DNA of 64,000 bases from Occultella glacieicola (GTDB taxonomy: Bacteria; Actinomycetota; Actinomycetes; Actinomycetales; Beutenbergiaceae): the NCBI RefSeq assembly GCF_004353825.1, contig NZ_SMNA01000012.1, forward strand, positions 62,001 to 126,000, read 5' to 3'. The notes under the pieces are model-generated. The model made no database searches. It was given only the letters and a program-made list of their open reading frames with translations, and had not been told where the DNA came from. A program made the position numbers and the translations under genes. Every line of letters starts with the position of its first letter. The stretch's first letter is position 1. This document shows, one piece after another, positions 27,786 to 37,765 of the stretch.

Positions 27786-28877
27786 GTGACGGTTCGGGTG
27801 GCCCTGGTCGGGCTCGGTTTCGGCGCCGAGTTCATCCCGATCTACCAGGCGCACCCGGACGTCGAGCTCGTCGCGATCTGTCAGCGGGACCGGGGCAAGC
27901 TCGACGCGATCGGGGATGCCTTCGGCGTCGAGCGGCGGTACACCTCCTACGAGGAGCTGCTGCGCGACGAGGAGATCGACGCCGTCCACCTCAACACGCC
28001 CATCCCCCTGCATGCCGACCAGTCGGTGGCCGCGCTGGAGGCGGGCAAGCACGTGGCCTGCACGGTGCCCATGGCGTCGTCGGTGGAGGACTGCGCTCGG
28101 GTGGTCGCCGCCGCCGACGCGAGCGGGCGCACATACATGATGATGGAGACGGTCGTCTACTCGCGTGAGTTCCTGCATGTGCAGCGGCTCTACCGAGAGG
28201 GCGAGCTCGGGCGCCTGCAGTTCCTGCGCGGGGCGCACCATCAGGACATGACCGGCTGGCCCGATTACTGGGCCGGCCTGCCGCCGATGCACTACGCCAC
28301 CCACGCCGTCGGTCCGCTGCTGGCCCTGGCGAGCGCCCCCGCGGACACGGTGTCCTGCGTCGGGTCCGGGCGGATCCCGGAGGATCTCCAGGCCCGGTAC
28401 GGGTCGCCGTTCGCCGTGGAAAGCGCGCACATCACCGTACGGGACAGTGACGTCACCGCCGAGGCAAGCCGGTCACTGTTCGCGACGGCACGCGAGTACG
28501 TCGAGAGCTTCGATGTCTACGGCTCGCTGGCATCGTTCGAGTGGGCACAGACCGAGGCGGGTACGCCGGTGCTCTTCCGCGGCGAGGAGGCGTCGTCGCT
28601 GACGGTGCCGGACTATGCCCACCTCCTGCCTGAGGAGATCCGGGCGTACACCACGCGCGGTGTATACGATGCCGAGAATGCGCATCTCTCATTCGCGCAA
28701 GGCAGCGGGCACGGCGGCTCGCACCCGCACCTCGCCCACGAGTTCGTGCGGAGCCTGGTCGAGGGTCGGGAACCGTCGATCGGCGCTCGCACGGCAGCGA
28801 ACTGGACCTCGGTCGGGCTGCTCTCCCACGAGTCGGCGATGCAGGGCGGCGCGACCCTCGCGCTGCCTCGGTTCTAG
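27786..28877 (+). CDS. Gfo/Idh/MocA-family oxidoreductase, paralog of 39749-40861
   Basis: VALVGLGFGAEFIPIYQAHP, HVACTVPMA, YMMMETVVYSREF, GSGHGGSHPHLAHEF. Confidence 0.92.
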   Translation: MTVRVALVGLGFGAEFIPIYQAHPDVELVAICQRDRGKLDAIGDAFGVERRYTSYEELLRDEEIDAVHLNTPIPLHADQSVAALEAGKHVACTVPMASSVEDCARVVAAADASGRTYMMMETVVYSREFLHVQRLYREGELGRLQFLRGAHHQDMTGWPDYWAGLPPMHYATHAVGPLLALASAPADTVSCVGSGRIPEDLQARYGSPFAVESAHITVRDSDVTAEASRSLFATAREYVESFDVYGSLASFEWAQTEAGTPVLFRGEEASSLTVPDYAHLLPEEIRAYTTRGVYDAENAHLSFAQGSGHGGSHPHLAHEFVRSLVEGREPSIGARTAANWTSVGLLSHESAMQGGATLALPRF

Positions 28878-28895
28878 GCGGGGAGCACGCCTGCC

Positions 28896-30179
28896 GTGAG
28901 CGCTCGGGGTGGGTCCGGGTCCGATAGAGCGGCCCACCCCGAGCGGCCCCGGCTCGGCGCTGCCGGTCTGCTACGGCAACCGGTGCGTCAGCAGAGCATG
29001 CGGCACTCCAACCTCGCGCTGGTCGCCGCGCACATCTTCACCGCCGACGAGCCGGTCTCACGCGCACAGATCGTCGCCGCGAGCGGGCTGACGCGGGCCA
29101 CCGTGTCGCGCCTGGTCGAGACCCTGCTCGCCGCTGCCGTGGTCGAGGAGCGCGAGCCGCCACCCTCGCGGGGGGCGGGGCGCCCGGTGCGGCCACTCGC
29201 TCCGGCGGCCGGGACACACGTCGCGCTCGGGCTCGAGGTCAACACGACGAGCCTCGGCGGGTGCCTGGTCGATCTGGCCGGGAACGTGGTGGCCGAGCGT
29301 GTCGTGGACGGCGACTACTTCGCCAGCGACCCGACGGCGGTGCTCGCCGACCTCGCCGCTCTCGCCGACGCGCTTCTGGCCGGGCACTCGGCGAGCGGAC
29401 GACGACACGTGGGCTCGCACGTGTCGTTGCCCGGCGCGGTCGACAACGGAACGATCGTCGTGGCACGCAACCTCGGTTGGCACGACCTCGACATCCTCGG
29501 CCGGCTCGGCACGGACCCCCGGCTGGGTGCGCGCCCGCTGCGGCTCGGCTCGGTCGGCCCGATGTCGGCGCTCGCCGAGAGCCGCTACCGGGAGACGTCT
29601 CGGGGCGGTGGCTCCTTCGCGTGGGTATCGGGCGACAACAGCATCGGGTCCTCGATCATCGTCGACGGGCAGCTCGTCACCGACATGATGGGCTGGGACG
29701 GGAACGTCGGCTCGATCCCCGTCGGGGGCACGGTCGTGGGTGGACGCCCTCTCGAGCGAGAGCCCCTCGACGAGTACGTCGGACGGCGCGCGCTGCTCCG
29801 GCGTGCCGGGCTGCCGACGACGACAAGCATCGAGGAACTCGCCGAGATCGCCCACGCCGGGTCCGCGGCCTCCCTCGAGGCGGCGCTGGCCGACGCCGGC
29901 GCGGCCCTCGGCGAGGTGGTCGCGACGATGATGACCCTGGTCAGCACCCCGGTCGTCGTCTTCGGCGACACTCTCGCCGCCATCCTGCCGTTCGTGGCCG
30001 AGCAGGTCGACGTGGCACTGCGGCAGCGCCTCCCCGCAGGCCACGTCCTGCGGCCCCGGCTCGAGGCCTCGATCACGTCCTCACACGCCGCCATGCGCGG
30101 CGGTGCGCTCAGCATCCTCGAAGAGGCGCTCGCCGATGCGGAACGATGGCTCGTGAAGCCTGCGGTCCTGGGTGGTTGA
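28896..30179 (+). CDS. ROK-family transcriptional regulator (degenerate sugar-binding motifs)
   Basis: N-terminal HTH SRAQIVAASGLTRATVSRLV...GRP followed by a ROK fold (LGLEVN, SLPGAVD, NLGW). Confidence 0.88.
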   Translation: MSARGGSGSDRAAHPERPRLGAAGLLRQPVRQQSMRHSNLALVAAHIFTADEPVSRAQIVAASGLTRATVSRLVETLLAAAVVEEREPPPSRGAGRPVRPLAPAAGTHVALGLEVNTTSLGGCLVDLAGNVVAERVVDGDYFASDPTAVLADLAALADALLAGHSASGRRHVGSHVSLPGAVDNGTIVVARNLGWHDLDILGRLGTDPRLGARPLRLGSVGPMSALAESRYRETSRGGGSFAWVSGDNSIGSSIIVDGQLVTDMMGWDGNVGSIPVGGTVVGGRPLEREPLDEYVGRRALLRRAGLPTTTSIEELAEIAHAGSAASLEAALADAGAALGEVVATMMTLVSTPVVVFGDTLAAILPFVAEQVDVALRQRLPAGHVLRPRLEASITSSHAAMRGGALSILEEALADAERWLVKPAVLGG

Positions 30180-30259
30180 TCGCATCGGCTCCCAGACGTG
30201 CACCGCCCGCCTATCCTGTTGTGCTGATCGTGACGCGCCCGAGTGAGGAGCCCTCAAAC

Positions 30260-30628
30260 ATGACCAACGACAACGTACGCGGCTTTGCGATCGCCTACCT
30301 GGAAGACGTGGAGGTCGGGCCCGAGATCCTCGAGTACATGTCGCAAGTCGAGTCGACGTTCGTGCCCTTCGGCGGCCAGTGGCTCGTCCACGGAACGCTC
30401 CCGCAGGTCCTCGAGGGCCCGCTGCCCGGCAACGTCGTGATCATCGAGTTCCCCAGCGCCGGCCACGCCCACCGCTGGTACGCCTCACCCGACTACCAGG
30501 AGATCATCGGCCTGCGTGCCGAGCACTCACGCTCGGTCCTGGCGGTGCTGACCGGGGTCGCACCGGGATACCGCGCCGAGGAGACCGTGGCCCAGCTGCG
30601 GTCGGCCGTCGAATCAGGATCCGACTGA
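30260..30628 (+). CDS. DUF1330-family small alpha+beta barrel protein
   Basis: FGGQWLVHG...LEG...VVIIEFPS...WYASPDYQEI; GAGGAG RBS. Confidence 0.85.
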   Translation: MTNDNVRGFAIAYLEDVEVGPEILEYMSQVESTFVPFGGQWLVHGTLPQVLEGPLPGNVVIIEFPSAGHAHRWYASPDYQEIIGLRAEHSRSVLAVLTGVAPGYRAEETVAQLRSAVESGSD

Positions 30629-30712
30629 CCCGAAAGCTCCCAGCGGGACGAGCCCCGGGTCGGGGCCCCCTGGCGTTGGCGACGACCAAGGCGACTGGCT
30701 ACCGTGAGTCGC

Positions 30713-31597
30713 ATGCGCACACGAACGATCGGGAACGTAACCCTCGGCACGGACGAGGTCGGAGCGATCGGGCTCGGACTGATGACGTTCGACCAGACCG
30801 GCCCGCAACCGCGCGAACAACTCGCCGAGACCGTCAGGGCGGCCCTCGACGCCGGGGTCACCCTCTTCGACACCGCCGACGCCTACGGCCCGGGAGAACT
30901 GCTCGGCGCCGACTGCCAGGGCGAGAACGAGAAACTGATCGCCTCACTGCTCGACGAGCTCGGCGTACGTGACCAGGTCCGGCTGGCCACCAAGGGCGGG
31001 TGCGTGCGCACCGACGGCGGCGGCTGGTCACGCGACAGCTCCCCCGAGCACCTGCGCGAGGCCGTGGACGCCAGCCTGCGGCGCCTCGGCGTCGACCAGC
31101 TCTGGCTGTGGCAGCACCACCGACCGGACGAGACCCGCGACTACGACGAGACGATCGGCGTCCTTCGCGAGATCGCCGACTCGGGCAAGGTCCGCGCGGT
31201 CGGCCTGTCGAACGTCAACCCGCACCAGATCCGGGCCGCGCACGCCGTACTCGGCGACCACCTCGTCAGCGTCCAGAACCAGTTCTCCCCCGCGTTCCGC
31301 TCCAGCCACCCCGAGATCGAGGTGTGCGACGAACTCGGCCTCGCGTTCCTGCCATGGAGCCCGCTCGGCGGCCTCGGCAGCGCGAAGGACCTCGCCGACA
31401 AGCACCCGGCGTTCGCGCAGGTAGCCGCCGACCGGGGGGTGAGCCCGCAACAGGTCGCCCTCGCATGGGAACTAGCCCAGGCGCCAGGCGTCATCCCGAT
31501 CCCCGGTGCCAAGCGGCCCACCTCCATCGCCGACTCGGCCGCCGCAGCCGACCTCGAACTCACACCGGAGGAACTCACACTGCTCAACCGTGAATGA
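30713..31597 (+). CDS. Aldo/keto reductase
   Basis: IGLGLM, FDTADAYG, LATKGG, SLRRLG, GKVRAVGLSN, WSPLG, IPIPG; TACCGT -10 box 7 nt before ATG 30713. Confidence 0.93.
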   Translation: MRTRTIGNVTLGTDEVGAIGLGLMTFDQTGPQPREQLAETVRAALDAGVTLFDTADAYGPGELLGADCQGENEKLIASLLDELGVRDQVRLATKGGCVRTDGGGWSRDSSPEHLREAVDASLRRLGVDQLWLWQHHRPDETRDYDETIGVLREIADSGKVRAVGLSNVNPHQIRAAHAVLGDHLVSVQNQFSPAFRSSHPEIEVCDELGLAFLPWSPLGGLGSAKDLADKHPAFAQVAADRGVSPQQVALAWELAQAPGVIPIPGAKRPTSIADSAAAADLELTPEELTLLNRE

Positions 31598-31656
31598 CCC
31601 GCATGCCAGGTCCGCGAACCTGACCGCTCGACGGCGGCCGGTCGCGCTCGTGCGCG

Positions 31657-32058
31657 TCACTGGTCGACGACGGCCATCGCGTCGATCTCGACCAGCATCT
31701 GCGGCCACGGCAGCCCGACGAACACCGTCGTGCGCGCCGGCAGGACGCCGGAGGGCACGTGCTCGAGCACGAACGCCTCGTAGGCGTCGTTCATCGCTGC
31801 GAAGTTGGCCTGGTCGGTCAGGAACACCCGTAACGAGACGACGTCGTCGAAGGTTCCCCCGGACGCCTCGACGACGTGACGGACGTTCTCCAGGGTCTGC
31901 GTGGTCTGCCTTCCGACGTCGCCGGCGTGGAGGTACGCACCGGTCTCGGGGTCCTGCGGGCCCTGACCGGAGACCTGGACGATCTGGCCGGCGTGCACAC
32001 CCTGCGAGAACGAGTGAGCCGCCGCCGGTGCCTTCGTAGTCGACAGTGCCTTCTTCAC
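31657..32058 (-). CDS. ridA: RidA/YjgF family enamine/imine deaminase
   Basis: APAAAHSFSQG, VSGQ, FAAMNDAY, PARTT, VEIDA; GGAGG RBS, GTG 32058. Confidence 0.88.
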   Translation of the reverse strand: MKKALSTTKAPAAAHSFSQGVHAGQIVQVSGQGPQDPETGAYLHAGDVGRQTTQTLENVRHVVEASGGTFDDVVSLRVFLTDQANFAAMNDAYEAFVLEHVPSGVLPARTTVFVGLPWPQMLVEIDAMAVVDQ

Positions 32059-32135
32059 GATGTTGACCAACCTCCAGTTGGGTCGTGCGATGGTTCGTCC
32101 CGACGGTGCCGCCGGGGCGTGGATCAAACAGAAAG

Positions 32136-33329
32136 TCAGAAGTAGGAGTGGACGGTGCCGACCTGGCGGTACGCGTCGTCCACGAGGACCGCGCGGGGCC
32201 ACTTGTCGTGGAGCGTGCAGGGGTGCGACGTGCCCAGCACCACGAGTTCTCCGACGGCGGGTTCCGCGCCGGCGGCCGTGCGCACGAAGGCGTGCTGGTC
32301 GTTCAGCTCGAACACCTCGGCATCCTCGAGCGGGCGCAGCACGCCGTCGCGGCGGTACCCCAGCGGAACCGGCAGCCCCTGGTCGTAGGGCACGTCCCGC
32401 CGTCCGGCATTGAGGATCACCAAGCCCGGTTCGGGCACGGACAGGACCTGTGCCCACACCTCACCGGCGGCGATGAAGCCGCCGTCGGCAGCAGACCCCA
32501 GCGGCGAGAGTCGCCGATAGAGGCCGTGGTCATGGGTGAGGTACGCGCCGCTGCGCAGGACGGTGCGCACCGGGCGCCCAGCCTCACGGACGGCCCCGAA
32601 CACCTCCGCGACCACGTCGAAATACAGGCTGCCGCCGGCACTCAGCAGGTACTCGGAGGCGCGGCCGTCCAGCCGGCCCGCCCCGGCGACCCGCTCGAAG
32701 TGCCCGACGACGTCCCCCAGGTAGGCGGCCACGGCACCCAGCGCCTCGGGGTCCCGCGAATGGCTGACGCTGCCCTCGTAGCCGGCCAGGCCCACGAGCG
32801 CCAACACCGCCGACGCGGCCACGGCCCGGGCCACCTCGTCCACGGCCGCGGCGGTCCGGCAGCCGGTCCGCCCACCCGGGTGCCCCACCTCGAGGAGCAC
32901 CGGCAACGCCGGCCCGTTGGCCTCGAGCGCCGCCTCGAGCAGCCGCACCCCCGCCACCGAGTCCACGTAGCAGAGGAACTCGAAGCCCCGGTCGCCGGCG
33001 AGTTCCGCCTGCACCCAGGCGGCGAAGGCCGGGTCCACCAGCTGGTTGGCCATCAGGATCCGCCGGGCGCCCGCGCGCCGGAACACCCGCGCCTGGGCCG
33101 GGGTCGCCACGCTGACACCCCACGCCCCGACCCGCTCCTGGAACTCCCAGAGTTCGGGCGAGACGGCCGTCTTGCCGTGCGGGGCCAGGCTGACCCCACG
33201 CTCGGCGCAGAAGCGGGCCATCAGATCGGCGTTGTGCCGCAGCGCCGGCTCCTTCAGCAGGAGCGCCGGCCAGGCCACGCCCGAGCCGGGCTCGAAGACC
33301 GTCGGGGTGGCGCCGTCGTCGGGGTTCAT
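32136..33329 (-). CDS. Fold-type III PLP enzyme, D-serine dehydratase (DSD1)/D-amino-acid ammonia-lyase-like
   Basis: LAPHGKT (PLP Lys), GRTG, GYEG, RSGAYLTHD, LNDQH, SHPC (Zn-type ligands). Confidence 0.88.
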   Translation of the reverse strand: MNPDDGATPTVFEPGSGVAWPALLLKEPALRHNADLMARFCAERGVSLAPHGKTAVSPELWEFQERVGAWGVSVATPAQARVFRRAGARRILMANQLVDPAFAAWVQAELAGDRGFEFLCYVDSVAGVRLLEAALEANGPALPVLLEVGHPGGRTGCRTAAAVDEVARAVAASAVLALVGLAGYEGSVSHSRDPEALGAVAAYLGDVVGHFERVAGAGRLDGRASEYLLSAGGSLYFDVVAEVFGAVREAGRPVRTVLRSGAYLTHDHGLYRRLSPLGSAADGGFIAAGEVWAQVLSVPEPGLVILNAGRRDVPYDQGLPVPLGYRRDGVLRPLEDAEVFELNDQHAFVRTAAGAEPAVGELVVLGTSHPCTLHDKWPRAVLVDDAYRQVGTVHSYF

Positions 33330-33356
33330 GAGTTCGTTCCTCGTGGTCGGCGGAGG

Positions 33357-34526
33357 TCAGTGCGGGGGTGCGGGCGCCAGCATGATGGCGCGGGCGATCT
33401 CGACGGCGTCGGCCAGTTCGGCGAGGTCGATCGACTCGTCCGGGGTGTGGGCGTCGGCGATCGAGCCCGGCCCGAGCACCACGGCGGGGATGCCGGCAGC
33501 GGCGATCTTGCTGGCGTCACTGCCCCAGCCGGTGCCGATGGCGTCGGCATCGCGGCCCACCCGGGCGAGAACGTCGCGCACACCTGCGACGAACCGGTCG
33601 CCCGGGTCGTTGTCCAGGGCCAGGTCGGTGAGGAACGGTGGCTCCACGGTGACGTCCTCTCCGAACCGGTCGGTGATGCGGTCGCGAAGTTCGCGCCACA
33701 CCTGCTCGGGATCCTCACCCGGCAGCGTCCGGCGGTCCAGGCTCACGGCGCACTCGTTCGGCACCGTGTTCGGGCCGGTTCCGCCGCCGATGAGGGCGGG
33801 CACGAGGGACGCCGGGCCCACCAGTGGGTGCGGGGCGTCGGCGAGCGACGGCGTGACCTCCTCGGCGAGAAAGGTCACCACCCGGGCGATGGTCTCGATC
33901 GGGTTGTCGAGTCCCCAGGGACGGGAACTGTGCCCGCCGGGGCCGGTGGCGACGATCCGGCACCGCATCACGCCCTTGTGGGCCACCACCGCCCGAAGGT
34001 CGGTCGGTTCGCCGACGACGGCGCCGCTCACCTTCGTGGTCGCGTCCCGTTCGAGGTCCTCGAGCAGGCGCAGCACACCCCGGTACTCGTGCTCCTCGTC
34101 CGCGACGCCCGCCACGATGACGGTCCGCGGGGGCGGCTGCGGCGAGCGCGCGACGTCGCGCAGCGCGATCAGGAACGCGGCCAGCGGTCCCTTCGCGTCG
34201 CACGCTCCGCGGCCGAACAGGCGCCCGTCGCGCACCGTGGGCGTGAACGGCGGGGTGGTCATGTGCTCCACCTCGACCGTGTCCAGGTGGGACTCGAAGA
34301 GCACCGCGGTACCGGGGTCGCGCCCGGGGACGGTGGCGACGACGTTGCACCGCCCGTCGACCACGGGCCGGACCTCGGCGGCGATCCCCTGCGCGGCACA
34401 CCAGTCGGCGATCCGTTGGGCCACCGGCGTCTCCGCGGGCTCGGCCGCCCCCCGTGGGTTCACGCTCGGGACGGCGACCAGGTCCGAGAGCAGGGCGGTC
34501 GCGTCCGGGTTGATCGTGTCGGTCAT
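33357..34526 (-). CDS. M20-family amidohydrolase (ArgE/DapE-like deacylase)
   Basis: ESHLDTV, GRGACDAKG, ADEE, GEPT, AHTPDE. Confidence 0.92.
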   Translation of the reverse strand: MTDTINPDATALLSDLVAVPSVNPRGAAEPAETPVAQRIADWCAAQGIAAEVRPVVDGRCNVVATVPGRDPGTAVLFESHLDTVEVEHMTTPPFTPTVRDGRLFGRGACDAKGPLAAFLIALRDVARSPQPPPRTVIVAGVADEEHEYRGVLRLLEDLERDATTKVSGAVVGEPTDLRAVVAHKGVMRCRIVATGPGGHSSRPWGLDNPIETIARVVTFLAEEVTPSLADAPHPLVGPASLVPALIGGGTGPNTVPNECAVSLDRRTLPGEDPEQVWRELRDRITDRFGEDVTVEPPFLTDLALDNDPGDRFVAGVRDVLARVGRDADAIGTGWGSDASKIAAAGIPAVVLGPGSIADAHTPDESIDLAELADAVEIARAIMLAPAPPH

Positions 34527-34531
34527 GTCCC

Positions 34532-35362
34532 TCAGCCCTTCACGGCGCCGGCGGTCATGCCGGCGACCACGTACTTCTGTCCCAGCAGTGCCATCACGAT
34601 CATCGGGGCCGTAATGCTGACGCATGCGGCCATCAAGGCGCCCCAGTCGATGCTGGCGTAGCCGATGAAGTTGAAGATCGCCACCGGCAGGGTCCTGGTG
34701 TTCGTGCCGGACAGGACCAGGGCGAACACGAAGTTGTTCCACGAGAAGATGAAGGACAGGATCGCCGAGGTCGCGATGCCCGGGACCACCAGAGGGATCA
34801 CGATCCTTCGGAACGCCCCGATGTGGGTGAGCCCGTCCACCCGCGCGGCCTCCTCGAGCTCCACGGGCACGCCCTCGAACACCCCGATCATCACCCAGAC
34901 GATCAGCGGAACCGAGATGAACATGTGCGAGATGATCAGCGAGCTGTAGCCACCGACCATCTGCAACGACGCGAAGATGAAGTACCACGGCACCAGCAGC
35001 GTCACGTGCGGGATCACCCGGGACAGCAACACCAGGCCGGACGACTTCGCCATCCCGAACCGCTGCATCGAGAACGCCGCAGGCACCCCGATCAGCAGGG
35101 AGAGCGCCGTCGAACCGACGCCGATCACGAGGCTGTTGAAGAAGAACTGCAGGAAGTCGGCCTGCGCGAAGACGGCCGAGTAGTTCTGCAGGGTCGGCGT
35201 GAAGGAGAACGTGCTGGACGGGTCGTAGATGTCGATGTTCGTCTTGAACGACGCGAGCAGCATCCACACGATCGGGGCCAGGCAGATCAGCCCGAACACG
35301 ATCAGCAGAACGGCCCGGAGCCCGACGAATCCTCGGGACTCGAGGGAGGAACGCGCCTTCAC
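34532..35362 (-). CDS. Carbohydrate ABC transporter permease (MalG-like)
   Basis: VPVELEEAARVDG, FSWNNF, GMTAGAVKG; GTG 35362. Confidence 0.95.
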   Translation of the reverse strand: MKARSSLESRGFVGLRAVLLIVFGLICLAPIVWMLLASFKTNIDIYDPSSTFSFTPTLQNYSAVFAQADFLQFFFNSLVIGVGSTALSLLIGVPAAFSMQRFGMAKSSGLVLLSRVIPHVTLLVPWYFIFASLQMVGGYSSLIISHMFISVPLIVWVMIGVFEGVPVELEEAARVDGLTHIGAFRRIVIPLVVPGIATSAILSFIFSWNNFVFALVLSGTNTRTLPVAIFNFIGYASIDWGALMAACVSITAPMIVMALLGQKYVVAGMTAGAVKG

Positions 35363-36285
35363 CGGACCTTCTCCTTCCGCCGCATGTTGAGCACCACGAG
35401 CACACCGACGATGATCAGGAAGTAGATCAGCACCAGGGCCGCGGCCATGCCGTACTCGTTGTAGTCGAAGCTCAGGGCGTACGCGTAGATGTTCAGGGTC
35501 TCGACCTCGTGCGAGGACCCACCACCGGTGCCCTTCGTCACGTAGAGCAGGTCGAAGGTCTTCATCGCGTCGATGCTGCGCAGGAGCAGCGCGGCGATCA
35601 CCGTCGTCTTCAGCATCGGCAGGGTCACGTGCCAGAACCGCTGCCAGTTCGAGGCGCCGTCGATCCGGGCCGCCTCCTGCTGTTCCTCCGGTAGGCCGAC
35701 GAGCCCGGCGAGCAGGATCAGGATCACCATCGGGGTCCACTGCCACACGTCCACGAGCATCAGGGTGCCCAGCGCGGTGGACGGGTCGGAGATCCAGCCC
35801 TGGGCGGGTAGCCCGAGCCAGCCCAGGAGCTGGTTGGCGAACCCGACCGTCGGTTCGAAGATCAGCAGCCACATCATGGCCACGGCCACAGGGGTGGCCA
35901 CCAGCGGCAGCAGCATGACCACCCGGATGAGGCCACGCCCCATGAACGGGCGCCGGAGCAGCAGGGCCACGGCCATGCCGATGGTCATCTCGAGGGTGAC
36001 CGCGACGGCGGTGAAGATCACCGTGCGCCACACCGCGGGCCAGAACCGCGCAGTGTCGGTGAGGATGCTGACGTAGTTCTCGAACCAGACGAAGTCGAAG
36101 GCCCTCTGGATGGAGCCTTCCGCGTCGGTGAAGCTCAGCACCACGGTGTACAGCAGCGGCACCACCATCAGGGCGATCACGAAGATGATCGCCGGTGCCG
36201 CGAGCACCCACTTGCGGTGCTTGTTGGCCCAGTCGGAGAACCCGTCCCAGGGTCGCCGCGGTCGACCGGTCACCACTGTGCTCAT
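35359..36285 (-). CDS. Carbohydrate ABC transporter permease (MalF-like)
   Basis: DVWQWTP, EAARIDGA, YGMAAA. Confidence 0.95.
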   Translation of the reverse strand: MSTVVTGRPRRPWDGFSDWANKHRKWVLAAPAIIFVIALMVVPLLYTVVLSFTDAEGSIQRAFDFVWFENYVSILTDTARFWPAVWRTVIFTAVAVTLEMTIGMAVALLLRRPFMGRGLIRVVMLLPLVATPVAVAMMWLLIFEPTVGFANQLLGWLGLPAQGWISDPSTALGTLMLVDVWQWTPMVILILLAGLVGLPEEQQEAARIDGASNWQRFWHVTLPMLKTTVIAALLLRSIDAMKTFDLLYVTKGTGGGSSHEVETLNIYAYALSFDYNEYGMAAALVLIYFLIIVGVLVVLNMRRKEKVR

Positions 36286-36355
36286 CCGTGCCCACCTCCT
36301 TCGTCGTCGCCGCCGTGCCGCGTCAGGACCGACCCGGGCGGCCTCGTGCTCAGGG

Positions 36356-37630
36356 TCACTCGTTCTCTTCGGCGAGGAACTCGTTGAACGCCCCGTCGGC
36401 GGCGTCGAGTGCCGCGTCCACGTCGCCGCCCTCGATCGAGGTCACGATCGGGTCGCCGACGATGTCGCGGGCCCGGCTGACGTTCAGCACCACGGGGTGG
36501 CTGTAGCCGACACCGACCTCCGCGCTGCTGCGCTGGGCCTCGGCGAGGTCCGCCGGGATGTCCGGCATCTCGGTCTCCCATGCGGAGGCCCGCGCCCCGA
36601 TGACGCCGTTCTCCTGCGCCACCAGGGTGTTCTCCTGGTTCGTCGCCCAGCGGATGAACTCCCAGGCGGAGTCCTGGTTGTTGGAACTGCCCGGGACGGC
36701 GAGCGCCCAGGACGGCACGTTGGTGGGGCGGGAGCCGGCCGGCCCCTCGGGGAACTGGGCGAAGCCCACGACGTCGCTGACGGTCGAGTTCGCCGGGTCG
36801 GTGGCGTTGGTGTAGAGGCTGTCCGCCTCGGTGTAGAACGCGGCACGGCCCTGGGTGAAGATGCCCATCGCCTCGGGCCAGCTCATGTTCGTGACTCCGG
36901 GCGGGCCGTAGTTGCGGAGCATGTCGCCGTAGAAGGTGTAGGCCTCCCGTGCCTCGGGGGTGCCGATGCCGGACGTGCCGTCCTCGGCCACCCAGTCGGC
37001 CCCGTAGCTGTAGAGGAAACTGGAGAACTGGGTCACCGCAGCCGCGCGGGCGCCGCGGGAGACGAACCCGTACACGTCGGGGTTCTGGTTCTGGATCGTC
37101 TGCGCCGCGGCCTCGAGTTCCTCGAGGGTCTGCGGGACCTCGAGCCCCGCGGCCTCGAGCAGGTCGGTGCGGTAGTACAGCACCTCACGCTCGGTCGCCA
37201 GCGGCACCCCGAGCACCCGGTCCTCCAGAGTGACGGACTCCTGTGGGCCCTCCTGGAAGTCGCTCCAGTCCCATTCCTCGTCCGTGGTCGCGTGCTCGGT
37301 GAGGTCCGCGAGCCACCCGTTCCGGTCGAAGGTGCGGATCTCCTGGAGAGGACGGACCATCATCACGTCGATGTCGTCGGCGTTGGCGTTCAGGCGAACG
37401 TTGAGCTGCTGCGAGAGCTGATCCTCGGTGTAGGAGGTCACCTCGACGTTCAGGCCGGACTCGGCCTCGAAGTCCTCGACGTTCGCCAGCACCGCGTCGG
37501 TCCACGGGTGGTTCGCGACGGCGATGTTGATCGTGTCGTCCGTGCCACCACCGCTGCACCCGGCCAGGACCATCGCCCCGGTGGCGAGGGTGGCTCCGAG
37601 CATCCACGTGCGCCGATACCGCATACTCAT
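36356..37630 (-). CDS. Sugar ABC transporter solute-binding lipoprotein
   Basis: Lipobox LAGC; YYRTDLL, VPQTLEEL; GGAGG RBS. Confidence 0.93.
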   Translation of the reverse strand: MSMRYRRTWMLGATLATGAMVLAGCSGGGTDDTINIAVANHPWTDAVLANVEDFEAESGLNVEVTSYTEDQLSQQLNVRLNANADDIDVMMVRPLQEIRTFDRNGWLADLTEHATTDEEWDWSDFQEGPQESVTLEDRVLGVPLATEREVLYYRTDLLEAAGLEVPQTLEELEAAAQTIQNQNPDVYGFVSRGARAAAVTQFSSFLYSYGADWVAEDGTSGIGTPEAREAYTFYGDMLRNYGPPGVTNMSWPEAMGIFTQGRAAFYTEADSLYTNATDPANSTVSDVVGFAQFPEGPAGSRPTNVPSWALAVPGSSNNQDSAWEFIRWATNQENTLVAQENGVIGARASAWETEMPDIPADLAEAQRSSAEVGVGYSHPVVLNVSRARDIVGDPIVTSIEGGDVDAALDAADGAFNEFLAEENE

Positions 37631-37687
37631 GTTTCCTCCATCGGTGACTCCGTCGTCGGGCCGGTGGCGGTGCCAACCGGTGCGATC

Positions 37688-37721
37688 TAACCGAACTTCT
37701 ATCAAGTTAACGGAATTTCTA
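37688..37721. promoter_or_regulatory. Candidate operator for the YheO-type regulator
   Basis: Direct repeat TAACCGAACTTCTA (37688) / TAACGGAATTTCTA (37708), overlapping the palindrome AACTT-N5-AAGTT, in the divergent intergenic region. Confidence 0.5.
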
Positions 37722-37765
37722 CAGTACGCTGGACATGCTGTCAAAACACCCGAGGAAGGGCCGAC

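Noticed and set aside
27742..27789. 15-codon ORF between the SDR and Gfo genes
   Set aside because: It overlaps both neighbours and could couple translation, but has no other support; probably chance.
32085..34661. 858-aa plus-strand ORF
   Set aside because: Antisense shadow of the DSD1-like and M20 genes. Low-complexity R/G/P-rich translation, typical of high-GC DNA.
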